Assembly: GCA_017441205.1 (NCBI GenBank)
Contig: JAFRYG010000142.1
Span: 499-64,498, forward strand
DNA: 64,000 bases
Source: Pseudomonadota bacterium
GTDB lineage: Bacteria > Myxococcota_A > Bradymonadia > UBA4248
Reading direction: 5' to 3'
The position numbers and the translations under genes are program-made. This document shows, piece by piece, positions 19,749 to 30,001 of the stretch (position 1 is its first letter; each line of letters starts with the position of its first letter). The notes below the pieces were generated by a model that saw only the letters and a program-made list of their open reading frames with translations, was not told the origin of the DNA and did not search any database.

Positions 19749-21701
19749 ATGGCAGTGAAACATCGAATTGCATTAATTATATTGGCGGCATGTATTGGCG
19801 GCGGATGGGGATGTTCCGAAGGATCGGATGATGATTCCGGAAAGCAGGATCCGAAAGATCCCAATAAGCAGGGGCAGGTCGTCGTTACGAAGTGTGATCC
19901 GAAGGATGATGTATGCCTTTCGAAAACGGAAATTCTGCATTGTGTCAACGGCGAGCGCGTTCGGGAATATTGTGCGACCAATGAGTTCTGTTTTGACGGG
20001 AAGTGCGGTCCGATCATCTGCGAAGCCAATAAGATAGAATCGTGTCTCGAGAACGGGAAGTACCACGGATGCAATTCACTTGGGACCGGAACCGGGGATT
20101 TTGACTGTCCCCTGGGAGAGACGTGTCTGGATGGGGAATGCAAGCCGCGCCTTTGTCTCGAAGGGGCCGGAAAGTGTCTGGATGAAGAGAATATCCTGCT
20201 TTGCAATGAAGCAGGAACTTCTTTTTCAGTTCAGAAGAAATGCTCGGAGATTGCCGAAAAGACGATTTGTGAGGAAGGCGCCTGCATACCCATTTGTGAG
20301 AAGAATTCGAAGGATGCCAGCTACATCGGCTGCGAGTATTGGGCTGTCGATCTGGACAACGCGATCGATGCCGGCGTTTATGATGCTGCAGGTCAGGCTT
20401 TTGCTGTCGTTTTGAGCAATACCCACTCGACACTGACGGCCAAGGTTAAGATATATCAAAAGGAATCCGGCAAGATTGTCGAAGTCCTTTCTTTCGAAAT
20501 TCCACCGAATGCGCTGAAGACCGCATTTTTGCCGAATCATTGCTATGACGGCGGGATTACGTGCAAGCGGGCCTACAGCGTGAATGGGACAAATATTTCG
20601 GATACGGCTTATTATATTAAGTCCGATCTGCCGATTACTGCGGCTCAGTTCAATCCGCTGGATAACGTGGAGGTATATTCGAACGATGCATCCCTGCTGT
20701 TTCCGACGACGGCATTGGGGCGGCGTTATATGGTGATGAGCCGGCAGCAGCATTACGACGTCATGCACAGTTTTATGACGATAGTGGCAACCCAGCCCGG
20801 ACAGACCGAAGTCATCGTGGAATCCTCATGCAGGATCATGAGTGGGCTGGACAAGTCCAAACACGAAATATTTGCGATGAAGAAGGGAGATATTCAGACG
20901 TTCTATCTCGATCAGTACGACGTTCTGAATCTCGAGACTGCTGATATCGGGGAAGATGTTACGGGCAGCATCATCACTGCGAATAAAACGGTTGCCGTTT
21001 TTGCCGGCAATGAAGCGACGAGCATTCCGGAAACCGATCCCGTTACCTGTTGTGCCGATCATATTGAGCATCAGCAGTATCCGCTCGGAGCCTGGGGCAA
21101 GAAGTACAATGCGGTTAAACTCAAGCCTCGCGGCAAAGAGCGCGATATGTGGCGCATTTTATCGCGAACGAATGATACGCGTGTAAAGACGACGCCCAAT
21201 GTGTTTCCTCAAAAGGAAATGATACTCAACGAGGGACAGTGGATCGACATCCTGACGACCGAAAGCTTTAATATTGAGGCGAGTTCGCCGATTTTGGTCG
21301 GGCAGTTCATGACGGGACAGAATGATCCGCTGGATCCCGAAAAGATGACCCAGACCCCCGACTGGGCCGGAATCGGTGATCCCGCCTATCTGATCGGCGT
21401 TCCCGTCGAGCAGTATCGTTCGAGTTACCGGTTCCTCGCTCCCAGCAAATATGAAAAGGATTACATTACCGTCGTTGCTCCGCTTTCGGCATCCGTCGTT
21501 CTGGACGGAAAGAAACTGGATGAGTCTTTGTTCTTTAAATTTGGCGATGGCAAATACAAGGCTTGCTACGTACTCGTCGAAGATGGTCCCCACAGTATAG
21601 AGGCTTCGGCACCGATTGGGCTGTTTTCGTATGGCGTCGATAATTACGTTTCGTATGGTTATCCGGCAGGCCTGGATTTAAAAGAACTCTTTGCAGAATA
21701 A
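19749..21701 (+). CDS. Lipoprotein with Cys-rich N-terminus and IgGFc-binding-like domain
   Basis: Lipobox-like GWGC; SYIGCEYWAVDLDN, SNDASLLFP, CCADHIEHQ and YGYPAG motifs typical of myxobacterial IgGFc-binding proteins. Confidence 0.8.
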   Translation: MAVKHRIALIILAACIGGGWGCSEGSDDDSGKQDPKDPNKQGQVVVTKCDPKDDVCLSKTEILHCVNGERVREYCATNEFCFDGKCGPIICEANKIESCLENGKYHGCNSLGTGTGDFDCPLGETCLDGECKPRLCLEGAGKCLDEENILLCNEAGTSFSVQKKCSEIAEKTICEEGACIPICEKNSKDASYIGCEYWAVDLDNAIDAGVYDAAGQAFAVVLSNTHSTLTAKVKIYQKESGKIVEVLSFEIPPNALKTAFLPNHCYDGGITCKRAYSVNGTNISDTAYYIKSDLPITAAQFNPLDNVEVYSNDASLLFPTTALGRRYMVMSRQQHYDVMHSFMTIVATQPGQTEVIVESSCRIMSGLDKSKHEIFAMKKGDIQTFYLDQYDVLNLETADIGEDVTGSIITANKTVAVFAGNEATSIPETDPVTCCADHIEHQQYPLGAWGKKYNAVKLKPRGKERDMWRILSRTNDTRVKTTPNVFPQKEMILNEGQWIDILTTESFNIEASSPILVGQFMTGQNDPLDPEKMTQTPDWAGIGDPAYLIGVPVEQYRSSYRFLAPSKYEKDYITVVAPLSASVVLDGKKLDESLFFKFGDGKYKACYVLVEDGPHSIEASAPIGLFSYGVDNYVSYGYPAGLDLKELFAE

Positions 21702-21731
21702 TGTTCAGTTGTTGAATGGTTTTGTGATTTG

Positions 21732-21760
21732 GGCACCTGTGAATCAGGTGCCTTTTTTTT
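21732..21760 (+). terminator. Intrinsic terminator
   Basis: GGCACCTG-TGAAT-CAGGTGCC followed by T8. Confidence 0.85.
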
Positions 21761-21929
21761 GTGCGAGTGTATGGGAGTATGGCCTACATGTGGTACAAAT
21801 GTTCAATTATTATTCTCATTATTGACTGGCAATCTTGTGAACGTTTGGGTAAATACACCTCCCCGGTTACAGATCGGGGTATGTATCAATCTTATTCATG
21901 AATTGAATGACAGTACTGAGGGTGTTGGA

Positions 21930-24593
21930 ATGAAACGCTTATTTCATGCATGTCTGGCGGTATTAACGTGTGCATCATTGTGGGGATGTAATGATGGAAC
22001 AGATGTGGATGGGGGCTTGCAGATTACGCCGGACTCTGTGGTCGAGATTTCGAAGCACGGAGGCAGCTTTACCCTTATGGTTGGGGGTGTTCAGCAGTCG
22101 AAAGCCGTCGTTCAGGTCAGCGTGTCGAGTGGGGATCCATCGCGGCTTGCCGTCGATACTGCGTTGCTGACCTATATTCCAAATCTGAGCAATGCGATGA
22201 GTGCCGTCGTTCATTGTGTGGATAATGGGATTTCGGATGGTGATCATACGATCACATTGAATTTTGTTTCAGTAAGTTCGGATTCGTCATTCAATCAGCT
22301 TACAGCCCAGCGCACGGTAGTCTGTAAAGATGAAGGGAGCGTCGATCCGGGGTTCCAGTGTCAGCCAGGTGAAATTCAGTGCATAGATTCAGGCAATTTT
22401 ATTTCCTGTGATGCTGTAAGCCGCAAGTGGATACCCACTGCGGTGTCGTGTCCTTCGGATCGTCCGGTATGCGATAGGCAGCGGAATGCATGTGCTGCGC
22501 CTGCGGGATTGGATTGTACAAGTGGCCAGATTAAATGCATCGATGATGCGCATTATCAGGTATGCAATGCAGCGACGGGAACCTGGGATTTGAATGCGGT
22601 GGCGTGTCCTTCGGCGACACCCGTATGCAATATGGAAAGGAATGCCTGCAGTGTGGCGGGTGAGGAATGTGCAGCAAGTCAGATTCGGTGCGTCGATGAA
22701 GGCCATTATCAGATGTGTGATCCGATGGCTCATGTGTGGGATGAAGAACGGATTGCCTGTCCTTCGGCGACGCCGGTATGCAATTTTGGGACGAATGCCT
22801 GTGGGGCAGCTGCTGCCGAATGTTCGGATGGTGAGAAGAAATGCGTCGACGGTGCGCATTATGTAGTATGCGATGACACGACGCATCGCTGGTCACCTGT
22901 ACAGGCGTCGTGTCCGTCCGACAAACCGGTTTGCAATTCCGGCAGCAATGAATGTGAGGAATCACAGGTTTCAGTCTGCAGCGTTGGACAGATTCAATGT
23001 GTGGATAATGTGAATTACAGGACCTGTGACCCCATGAGTCTGACCTGGTCTGCGACGACAGAATCGTGTCCGGAGGATGTGCCGGTATGCAATACCACGA
23101 AGAATGTCTGCGAAAAGTCTGCGATGCCGGTAACTTGTAAATCCGGACAGATTCTTTGCGTGGATGACAAGAACTACAAGCAGTGCAATGTTTCGAAGAA
23201 TAGCTGGACGACGACGACAGTCGCCTGTCCTTCAGAGACACCCGTCTGCAATATGGAGAAGAACGCATGTGAAGCAGCAGAGCAGCCGCCCAAGCCAGAG
23301 TGCAAGGATAAATGCAGCGGAGATATGATTCAGCGGTGCAGTTCATCGGGCGAGCTTCAGGCTGCGGAATCCTGTGGAACCGGCAAAGTGTGTCGGTATT
23401 CCGGAGAGTCGGTATCGTGTGTCGATCAGGGGGATGTTTCGTTTACGTTGAGTGCGCAGGAAATCAGCGTATATGAAGGCGGTCGTGGAACGCTGACGTT
23501 TCGTCCGCTTCAGGAGCCGACATCCAGTGTCGTCGTGACTCTGACGGTTTCGGATCCTACAGAAGGACGTCTTGGAACGACATCCTATACGTTTACGAAA
23601 TCGAATTATAATTCGGCGCAGAGTATCGATATTTACGGCCTTCGCGATGGGGAGGCCGACGGCGATCAGAATTATGAAATAGCGATTAAGGTCGCGAGTT
23701 CAGATCCCAGATACGACGGACTCGCTGTGAATCCGATTCAGGTAAAGACCGTGGATACCGAGGTGAATAAATCTCTGTATAACGGAAACAGCACGGTATC
23801 TTTCCGTGCGATGGCGGCCAATATCACTTCGGGCAACAATTCTTCCTACAATCTTGGACATGGCGTTCGAATCTTCAAAGCCATGAAGCCCGATATCGTC
23901 ATGATTCAGGAATTCAACTGGTACAAGGAGAGCGACAGCCTGGAGAATGCACTCAAGCTCGTTACGGAGGCATTTGATTCGAGCTATTACGTTCATCGCG
24001 GGAGCGGTTCGATACCGAATGGCATTATTTCGAGATATCCGATCATCGACTCGGGTTACTGGAAATCCAATAAGGCAAACAACCGCAACTGGGAATGGGC
24101 CGTCATCGATCTGCCCGGCAAAAAGGAACTTCTGGTCATCAGCGTACATCTGCATACGAGTGACAACAAATCGGAAGCGCCGAGTCTGATGTCAGCACTG
24201 GGCAAGAAGATTGCAGAAGACAAATCGAAGAACCTCGAGTATTTCCTGATGATCGGCGGCGATTTTAACAGCAATTTCAAAGACAACGGATCATTGGATG
24301 ACTATTTTAAGGTCGATGTGGCCCTGCCCGAAGATCAGGACGGCGATGTTGCAACGAATGCCAATCGCTCAAAAGTGCTCGATCATCTGTTCGTCGACAA
24401 GACGTTCGATCACAATGAGGTGCCGGTCAGAATCGGCAGTCACACCTATCCGAATGGTCATGTCTTCGATTCCCGTGTGTACAAGAAGAAAAATGAACTC
24501 GGCGATGTTCCGCCGGTTCAGGGGAATGATTCCGGAGCCACCTCGATGCAGCACATGGCCGTGATTCGCGATTTCAGTTATTCGGTGGACTAA
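21930..24593 (+). CDS. Lipoprotein: Calx-beta-like domains, six Cys-rich repeats and a C-terminal exonuclease/endonuclease/phosphatase (EEP) domain
   Basis: MKRLFH...LWGC lipobox; 6x C..GQI.C.D...Y..C......W......CP...PVC; EEP motifs AANI, PDIVMIQEFN, GGDFN, LDHLFV and MQHMAV. Confidence 0.82.
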   Translation: MKRLFHACLAVLTCASLWGCNDGTDVDGGLQITPDSVVEISKHGGSFTLMVGGVQQSKAVVQVSVSSGDPSRLAVDTALLTYIPNLSNAMSAVVHCVDNGISDGDHTITLNFVSVSSDSSFNQLTAQRTVVCKDEGSVDPGFQCQPGEIQCIDSGNFISCDAVSRKWIPTAVSCPSDRPVCDRQRNACAAPAGLDCTSGQIKCIDDAHYQVCNAATGTWDLNAVACPSATPVCNMERNACSVAGEECAASQIRCVDEGHYQMCDPMAHVWDEERIACPSATPVCNFGTNACGAAAAECSDGEKKCVDGAHYVVCDDTTHRWSPVQASCPSDKPVCNSGSNECEESQVSVCSVGQIQCVDNVNYRTCDPMSLTWSATTESCPEDVPVCNTTKNVCEKSAMPVTCKSGQILCVDDKNYKQCNVSKNSWTTTTVACPSETPVCNMEKNACEAAEQPPKPECKDKCSGDMIQRCSSSGELQAAESCGTGKVCRYSGESVSCVDQGDVSFTLSAQEISVYEGGRGTLTFRPLQEPTSSVVVTLTVSDPTEGRLGTTSYTFTKSNYNSAQSIDIYGLRDGEADGDQNYEIAIKVASSDPRYDGLAVNPIQVKTVDTEVNKSLYNGNSTVSFRAMAANITSGNNSSYNLGHGVRIFKAMKPDIVMIQEFNWYKESDSLENALKLVTEAFDSSYYVHRGSGSIPNGIISRYPIIDSGYWKSNKANNRNWEWAVIDLPGKKELLVISVHLHTSDNKSEAPSLMSALGKKIAEDKSKNLEYFLMIGGDFNSNFKDNGSLDDYFKVDVALPEDQDGDVATNANRSKVLDHLFVDKTFDHNEVPVRIGSHTYPNGHVFDSRVYKKKNELGDVPPVQGNDSGATSMQHMAVIRDFSYSVD

Positions 24594-24594
24594 G

Positions 24595-25083
24595 GTGAAC
24601 GAAGTTCTCATTGCGCTTGGCGGCAATCTCGGCGATGTCGAACTCGCTTTTTTCAGGGCGCGCCTGCTTTTGAGGAGCGAACTCGTCGATGTCCGGATGA
24701 GCCGTCTTTACCGGACGGATCCTGTCTATGACAAGCCGGGTGCGACGGTGCCTCCGGATCCGGTTCCTGCATATCTGAATGCGGTCATGCGTGCCGGGAC
24801 TTTTCTGGAACCGCAGTCATTGCTGGTGCGTCTGTTCGAAACCGAACGCCAGCTGGGGCGCGTTCGGCCTGCGCCGGAATGCAGTCCTCGCACGATCGAT
24901 CTCGATCTGCTGTTATATAATGACAGTGTTTTGAAGCCGGAACATCCGGGCGATCTTGAACTTCCACATCCGCGCATGCATCAGCGCCGTTTTGTGCTCG
25001 AACCTGCATGTGATGTCGCTCCCGGATGGATTCATCCCGTTTTGGGAAAGACATTGAGGGATTTGCTTGCGCAGCTGGGGTGA
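24595..25083 (+). CDS. folK: 2-amino-4-hydroxy-6-hydroxymethyldihydropteridine diphosphokinase
   Basis: IALGGNLGD, YLNAV, PRTIDLDLLLY and LPHPRMHQRRFVLEP. Confidence 0.95.
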   Translation: MNEVLIALGGNLGDVELAFFRARLLLRSELVDVRMSRLYRTDPVYDKPGATVPPDPVPAYLNAVMRAGTFLEPQSLLVRLFETERQLGRVRPAPECSPRTIDLDLLLYNDSVLKPEHPGDLELPHPRMHQRRFVLEPACDVAPGWIHPVLGKTLRDLLAQLG

Positions 25084-25427
25084 TTTTTTGTGGGGAACTC
25101 TCTTGCCGGGCATAGCCCGGCTACGTTCGTTCAAAAAGCCTATGTGCCTTTGGGCACATACGGCTTTTTTGCTTTTTAGGGCCTGAATTTAGAGCCTGGA
25201 GCCTGGAGCCTGGAGCTTGGAGCTTATCGACACTCTGGCAGTACAGAGCCTGCTTTTTTTATTGAATACGTATTGTTGAAGGGAGTTATGGCTTTTGTTT
25301 TCGGTGACAGTGTGAAATTTTTTTGATTTGTTCCTTTGACATTATTAAGGGCTTGCATATAACTGCTTGGCCTCAAATCATGCCTGCAAACCATTTGGTT
25401 TTGCGGAGCAATCATGTGGGAGAAATT

Positions 25428-28400
25428 ATGTCTATTGGCGGAATATTTAAACGGATCTTCGGCACAAGCCATGAGCGCATGATGCGCAAGCTTTATCCGA
25501 TAGTTGCGAATATTAATGATTTGGAATCCCAGGTTTCTGCACTGAGTGATGAAGACCTGAAGGCTCAGACGCCGAAATTTAAAGAAATGCTGGATAATGG
25601 TGCGAGTCTCGATGACATTCTGCCGGAAGCTTTTGCGACCGTCCGCGAAGCGAGCAAGCGTGTTTTGAATATGCGGCACTACGATGTGCAGCTTATCGGC
25701 GGTATCGTTCTTCATCGGGGTATGATTTCCGAAATGAAGACCGGTGAAGGTAAAACGCTCGTTGCGACTTCGCCGATGTACCTGAATGCGCTGGCCGGCA
25801 AGGGAGCTCATCTGGTTACGGTCAACGATTATCTGGCCGGCCGAGATGCGGACTGGATGGGGCAGATATATAAGTTTCTTGGCCTTTCGGTAGGCAAGAT
25901 ACTGACCGATATGGACAACGAGGAGCGCCGCAAATCCTATGACTGCGATATCACGTATGGTACGAACAATGAATTCGGGTTCGATTATCTGCGCGATAAC
26001 ATGAAGTATCAGCTTTCGGATTACGTTCAGCGCGGCCATTATTATGCGATCGTCGACGAGGTCGACTCGATTCTGATCGATGAAGCAAGAACGCCGCTCA
26101 TCATTTCGGGGCAGATGGAACAGGATTTGAATCTTTATAAGGAGATCAACAAACTCGTTCCCTTCCTGAAACGCGACGAGGACTATGCCGTCGATGAGAA
26201 GGCCCAGAGCGTATCTCTGAATGAAAGCGGTATTGAGAAACTCGAAAAGCATCTCAATATCGACAACATCTACGATCCGAAATACATTGAGTATCTGCAC
26301 CATGTGAACAAGGCATTGCAGGCCCATACGCTCTATAAGCTCGATCAGAACTACGTAATCGAGAACGGCAAGATCGTCATTATCGATGATTTTACGGGCC
26401 GTATGATGCATGGACGACGCTGGTCAGATGGTCTTCATCAGGCCATCGAGGCGAAGGAAGGCGTGGAAATCCAGGCCGAAAGCCAGACGCTTGCGACGAT
26501 TACGTTCCAGAATTATTTCCGCATGTACGAAAAACTTGCGGGTATGACGGGTACGGCGGATACCGAAGCCGAGGAATTCAAGAAGATCTATAAGCTCGAT
26601 GTCGTTTGTATTCCGACGGCCAAAAAGATCATCCGAAAGGATTATCAGGACGTCATTTACTTTAATGAAAAAGCCAAGATTGCGGCGATTGCCGAACAGA
26701 TTCGCCAGTGTCACGAAAAAGGACAGCCCATTCTGGTAGGTACTGTCAGTGTCGAAAAGAGCGAGGTTTTCAGCAAGGCAATTTCGAAACTCGGTATTGA
26801 ACACAATGTTCTTAATGCCAAGAACCATAAGCGCGAAGCGGAAATTATTGCACAGGCGGGCCGCAAGGGTGCAGTGACGATTGCGACGAACATGGCAGGC
26901 CGTGGTACGGACATTCTGCTCGGCGGCAATCCGGAATTTCTGGCCAGACAGGAAGTCGGCAGCGAGGATGCCCCTGGATATCAGGAAGCCCTGGAGAAAT
27001 ACCGGAAGCAGTGTGCAGCCGAAAAAGCCGAAGTTACGGCGGCGGGCGGACTTTTTATTCTGGGTACGGAAAGACACGAATCCAGGCGTATCGACAATCA
27101 GCTTCGCGGTCGTGCCGGTCGTCAGGGCGATCCGGGAGCGAGTCGTTTCTTCCTTTCGCTCGATGACGATTTGCTCAGAATCTTCGGCGGCGAGGAACTC
27201 AAGAACCGCATGGCGATGTTCGGCATGGACAAGCAGGCCGATGTACCCATCGAGGCAGGCATCGTATCGCGTTCGATCGAAACCGCCCAGAAACGCGTGG
27301 AAGGCAGGAACTTCGATATCCGAAAGAACCTGCTCGAATACGATGATGTTATGAATTCGCAGAGAAAATCCGTATATGAGCTGCGCAATTCCATCCTCAA
27401 GGGCGATTCGCTCGAAGAAGAAGTTCTGGATGCTTTCGAAGCCATTGTTTACAGTCTTGCAGATGAATTCATGCCGGCGGAACTGGCTTACGAAGACTGG
27501 AACATGGACGGGATTCTCAGGCAGCTGGACAGCATTCTTGGCTATCGGTTAAATATCGATGTATCGGGAATTGGCCGTGGTGACCGCGATGCGCGAATCA
27601 AGCTGATCTGGGATGAAGTTGAGAAGCACTATCATAAGCAGGTTGGGCAGTTCGATAAGATCGTCGCGGCTTTTAAAAAGAACATGGGCAATGACAGTCC
27701 CTACAAAGGTCAGACGGGCAAGGATCTGCTGATGGAGCTTGCGCAGAATTATTATCTGCGCGAGATCGATCATTTCTGGAGAGCTCATCTGACGACGATG
27801 ACGAGTCTTCGCGAGTCGATTTCCCTGCGAGGCTATGCGCAGAAGGATCCGAAACAGGAATACAAACGCGAAGCGTACACTCTGTTCGAGAAGATGATGC
27901 GCAACATCAAGATGCGCATGATGACTCAGGTATGCCGTGTTCAGGCCGAAGTACCCGATTTTTCGCGCATGAATGCTGCCGAACGCAATTCGGCAAAGAA
28001 TGCTCCTGTGTCGCGTGAACAGAATCAAACGCCGGTTGAACCGGACAAAAAACAGGTCGAAGAACTTCGATCGATGGCTGCACAAAATCGTCAAGCCAAG
28101 CCGCAGGAGCGCAAGCCCTCTCCATCCATGGCGGAACTCATGGCCATGGCGCGTGAGCAGCAGGCCAAAAAAGCCGAATCTTCGCAGCGCAAGCTTTCGA
28201 TGGCCGACCTCATGCCGGCATCCATTGCCCAGGCTGCCGGTATCAAGAAAGAACCGGAAAAGCCAAAGAAAGCCATGTCCATGGCGGATTTGATGCCGGT
28301 TTCGATCATGAATGCCGTCGCAGATCAACGCAAGCAGGCAGAAAGAATGCGTGCCGAAATGGAACGGGCAGCCGAAGAGCCGGAGGAGGAAGAAATTTCA

Positions 28401-28835
28401 GAACCGGATCAGGAAATTTCAGAACCGGATCAGATCGAAGAGCCCGAGCAGATGGTATTTGATGATCCCTGTGTCATCTCGGCCGGAGAATCCGATGATG
28501 CCGAACCGGCGGACAGCGAAAATGAGGATTCGGCTGGCAGTTCAGAACAACCGGATACGGATGATCTCTTCAATCGTCTTTTGAGCCACGATGATGAAGA
28601 CAAACCTCTGCGTTCGGAATCTCTGGACGATTTGTTCGGCGGCAACAGCCTCGATCTGAGCGCGCTTTCAGACGGGAGCGATTTGTCCTCCGGCGATTCC
28701 AATGAATTGGCGAGCAGCAGCGGGCTTTCGCTGAACAACGATTTGATGAGTGGTTTTGATGACTTCGGATCGGAGAACGAGAAGAAGGATGACAATGATC
28801 CTTTCGGCGATTTGTTCAGCGGATTGAAGCTGTAA
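25428..28835 (+). CDS. secA: Preprotein translocase SecA with an atypical long acidic C-terminal tail
   Basis: MKTGEGKT, DEVDSILIDEARTP, TNMAGRGTDI and HESRRIDNQLRGRAGRQGDPG; no CPCGSG motif. Confidence 0.97.
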   Translation: MSIGGIFKRIFGTSHERMMRKLYPIVANINDLESQVSALSDEDLKAQTPKFKEMLDNGASLDDILPEAFATVREASKRVLNMRHYDVQLIGGIVLHRGMISEMKTGEGKTLVATSPMYLNALAGKGAHLVTVNDYLAGRDADWMGQIYKFLGLSVGKILTDMDNEERRKSYDCDITYGTNNEFGFDYLRDNMKYQLSDYVQRGHYYAIVDEVDSILIDEARTPLIISGQMEQDLNLYKEINKLVPFLKRDEDYAVDEKAQSVSLNESGIEKLEKHLNIDNIYDPKYIEYLHHVNKALQAHTLYKLDQNYVIENGKIVIIDDFTGRMMHGRRWSDGLHQAIEAKEGVEIQAESQTLATITFQNYFRMYEKLAGMTGTADTEAEEFKKIYKLDVVCIPTAKKIIRKDYQDVIYFNEKAKIAAIAEQIRQCHEKGQPILVGTVSVEKSEVFSKAISKLGIEHNVLNAKNHKREAEIIAQAGRKGAVTIATNMAGRGTDILLGGNPEFLARQEVGSEDAPGYQEALEKYRKQCAAEKAEVTAAGGLFILGTERHESRRIDNQLRGRAGRQGDPGASRFFLSLDDDLLRIFGGEELKNRMAMFGMDKQADVPIEAGIVSRSIETAQKRVEGRNFDIRKNLLEYDDVMNSQRKSVYELRNSILKGDSLEEEVLDAFEAIVYSLADEFMPAELAYEDWNMDGILRQLDSILGYRLNIDVSGIGRGDRDARIKLIWDEVEKHYHKQVGQFDKIVAAFKKNMGNDSPYKGQTGKDLLMELAQNYYLREIDHFWRAHLTTMTSLRESISLRGYAQKDPKQEYKREAYTLFEKMMRNIKMRMMTQVCRVQAEVPDFSRMNAAERNSAKNAPVSREQNQTPVEPDKKQVEELRSMAAQNRQAKPQERKPSPSMAELMAMAREQQAKKAESSQRKLSMADLMPASIAQAAGIKKEPEKPKKAMSMADLMPVSIMNAVADQRKQAERMRAEMERAAEEPEEEEISEPDQEISEPDQIEEPEQMVFDDPCVISAGESDDAEPADSENEDSAGSSEQPDTDDLFNRLLSHDDEDKPLRSESLDDLFGGNSLDLSALSDGSDLSSGDSNELASSSGLSLNNDLMSGFDDFGSENEKKDDNDPFGDLFSGLKL

Positions 28836-28846
28836 TCCAAATGCAG

Positions 28847-28908
28847 TTTGGCGCGTATTGGCCATCAGCCAATAGCGCCAAATTCCGGGCGTATGCAATA
28901 GCCCGGAA
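28847..28908. repeat. Two tandem bulged-G REP-like hairpins between convergent secA and dapF
   Basis: TTTGGCGC-G-TATTGGC-CATCA-GCCAATA-GCGCCAAA and TTCCGGGC-G-TAT-GCA-ATA-GCCCGGAA. Confidence 0.85.
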
Positions 28909-28920
28909 AACCCGAAAAAA

Positions 28921-29727
28921 TCAGGCCCAAATTCCATCAAAGACGCGCCTGGCCTGGCCCTGAAGGCGGACATCCCGTCCTGAAATGATGACGTGGAGTA
29001 TACCGCCGGGGGCATGAATTTCGATGGTCGTATCGGAAAGATCGTGGTGGCTGGCAAAGGCAACGGCCGCGGCGACGCATCCGGTACCACAGGCGAGTGT
29101 AGGGCCTGCCCCGCGTTCATAAACCGTCAGTTCGAGGGTTTGAGGGGCTATGGGACGGATGAACTCGATATTGCAGCGATCCGGAAAAAAAGGGTGATTG
29201 GAGAGAAATTCGCCGGCTGTTTTAAGCGCATCCGACGGCGAATCCTCAATTTCGAAAACCGCGTGGGGATTGCCGACATCCACGCACTGACCGTGCCAGA
29301 TATGGCCGGATTGATCGAGGCTGCAGGGCACGGTGAGCTGAGCTTTCGACATTTTGACCTGAAAGACTCTGGGAAGATTGGGATTCTTGCATTGAACGAT
29401 TTGGAGACCGCCGAGGGTATCGATGCGCAGCGGAACATCGGGAGCCCGGAACAGATAATCTGCGACGCAGCGAATGCCATTGCCGCACATGGCTGCGATG
29501 GAACCGTCGGAATTGATGACATGCATGGCGGCATCGACATCATCGGCATGCGGATTTTCGAGGGACTGCGAGATGACAAGTATGCCATCGGCACCGATGC
29601 CGTAATGCCGGTCGCAGATTTGGCGGGCATCGGCGATGCAATTGCTGAGCAGTTCCGGCTGTTTTCTGGCATCGATGACGACGAAATCATTGCCGGCGGC
29701 TTCGTATTTGGAGAATTTCATGGTCAT
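28921..29727 (-). CDS. dapF: Diaminopimelate epimerase
   Basis: KYEAAGNDF, MCGNGIRC, VGNPH and ERGAGPTLACGTG. Confidence 0.95.
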   Translation of the reverse strand: MTMKFSKYEAAGNDFVVIDARKQPELLSNCIADARQICDRHYGIGADGILVISQSLENPHADDVDAAMHVINSDGSIAAMCGNGIRCVADYLFRAPDVPLRIDTLGGLQIVQCKNPNLPRVFQVKMSKAQLTVPCSLDQSGHIWHGQCVDVGNPHAVFEIEDSPSDALKTAGEFLSNHPFFPDRCNIEFIRPIAPQTLELTVYERGAGPTLACGTGCVAAAVAFASHHDLSDTTIEIHAPGGILHVIISGRDVRLQGQARRVFDGIWA

Positions 29728-29777
29728 GTTTTTGAGTTGGAAGTTGGAAGTTGGGGAATTAGCAATCAGGGGATGTT

Positions 29778-29865
29778 GCAGAGACATGTGGGTCGCACGT
29801 CTGTACAGATGATTAATGGATTAATGCATGATGAAAATCAGACACGCCCCGGCGGGGCGTGACAT
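29778..29865. repeat. GTAG-type REP composite, second copy
   Basis: GCAGAGAC..CGCACGTCTGTACAG..TGATTAATGG.TTAATGCAT..ACGCCCC-GGC-GGGGCGT; matches 13235-13322. Confidence 0.75.
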
Positions 29866-30001
29866 TCTCATAAATGATTTGCCGGAGCATTACATCCCCA
29901 TTTTGAACGATTAAGTTTTTGCATATTTTGTTATAAGCCTCTCAAACTGACGGCGCGATTTTGAGCTGTCTCCCAAAGCGCTACGGAAACTACCGAGAGG
30001 A

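Noticed and set aside
21729-21929. ORF-track N-terminal extensions (21729, 25323, 34039, 39122, 53066, 53901, 13415, 9584, 37476)
   Set aside because: They overlap terminators or promoters, or precede a clear RBS/signal-peptide start, so downstream starts were used
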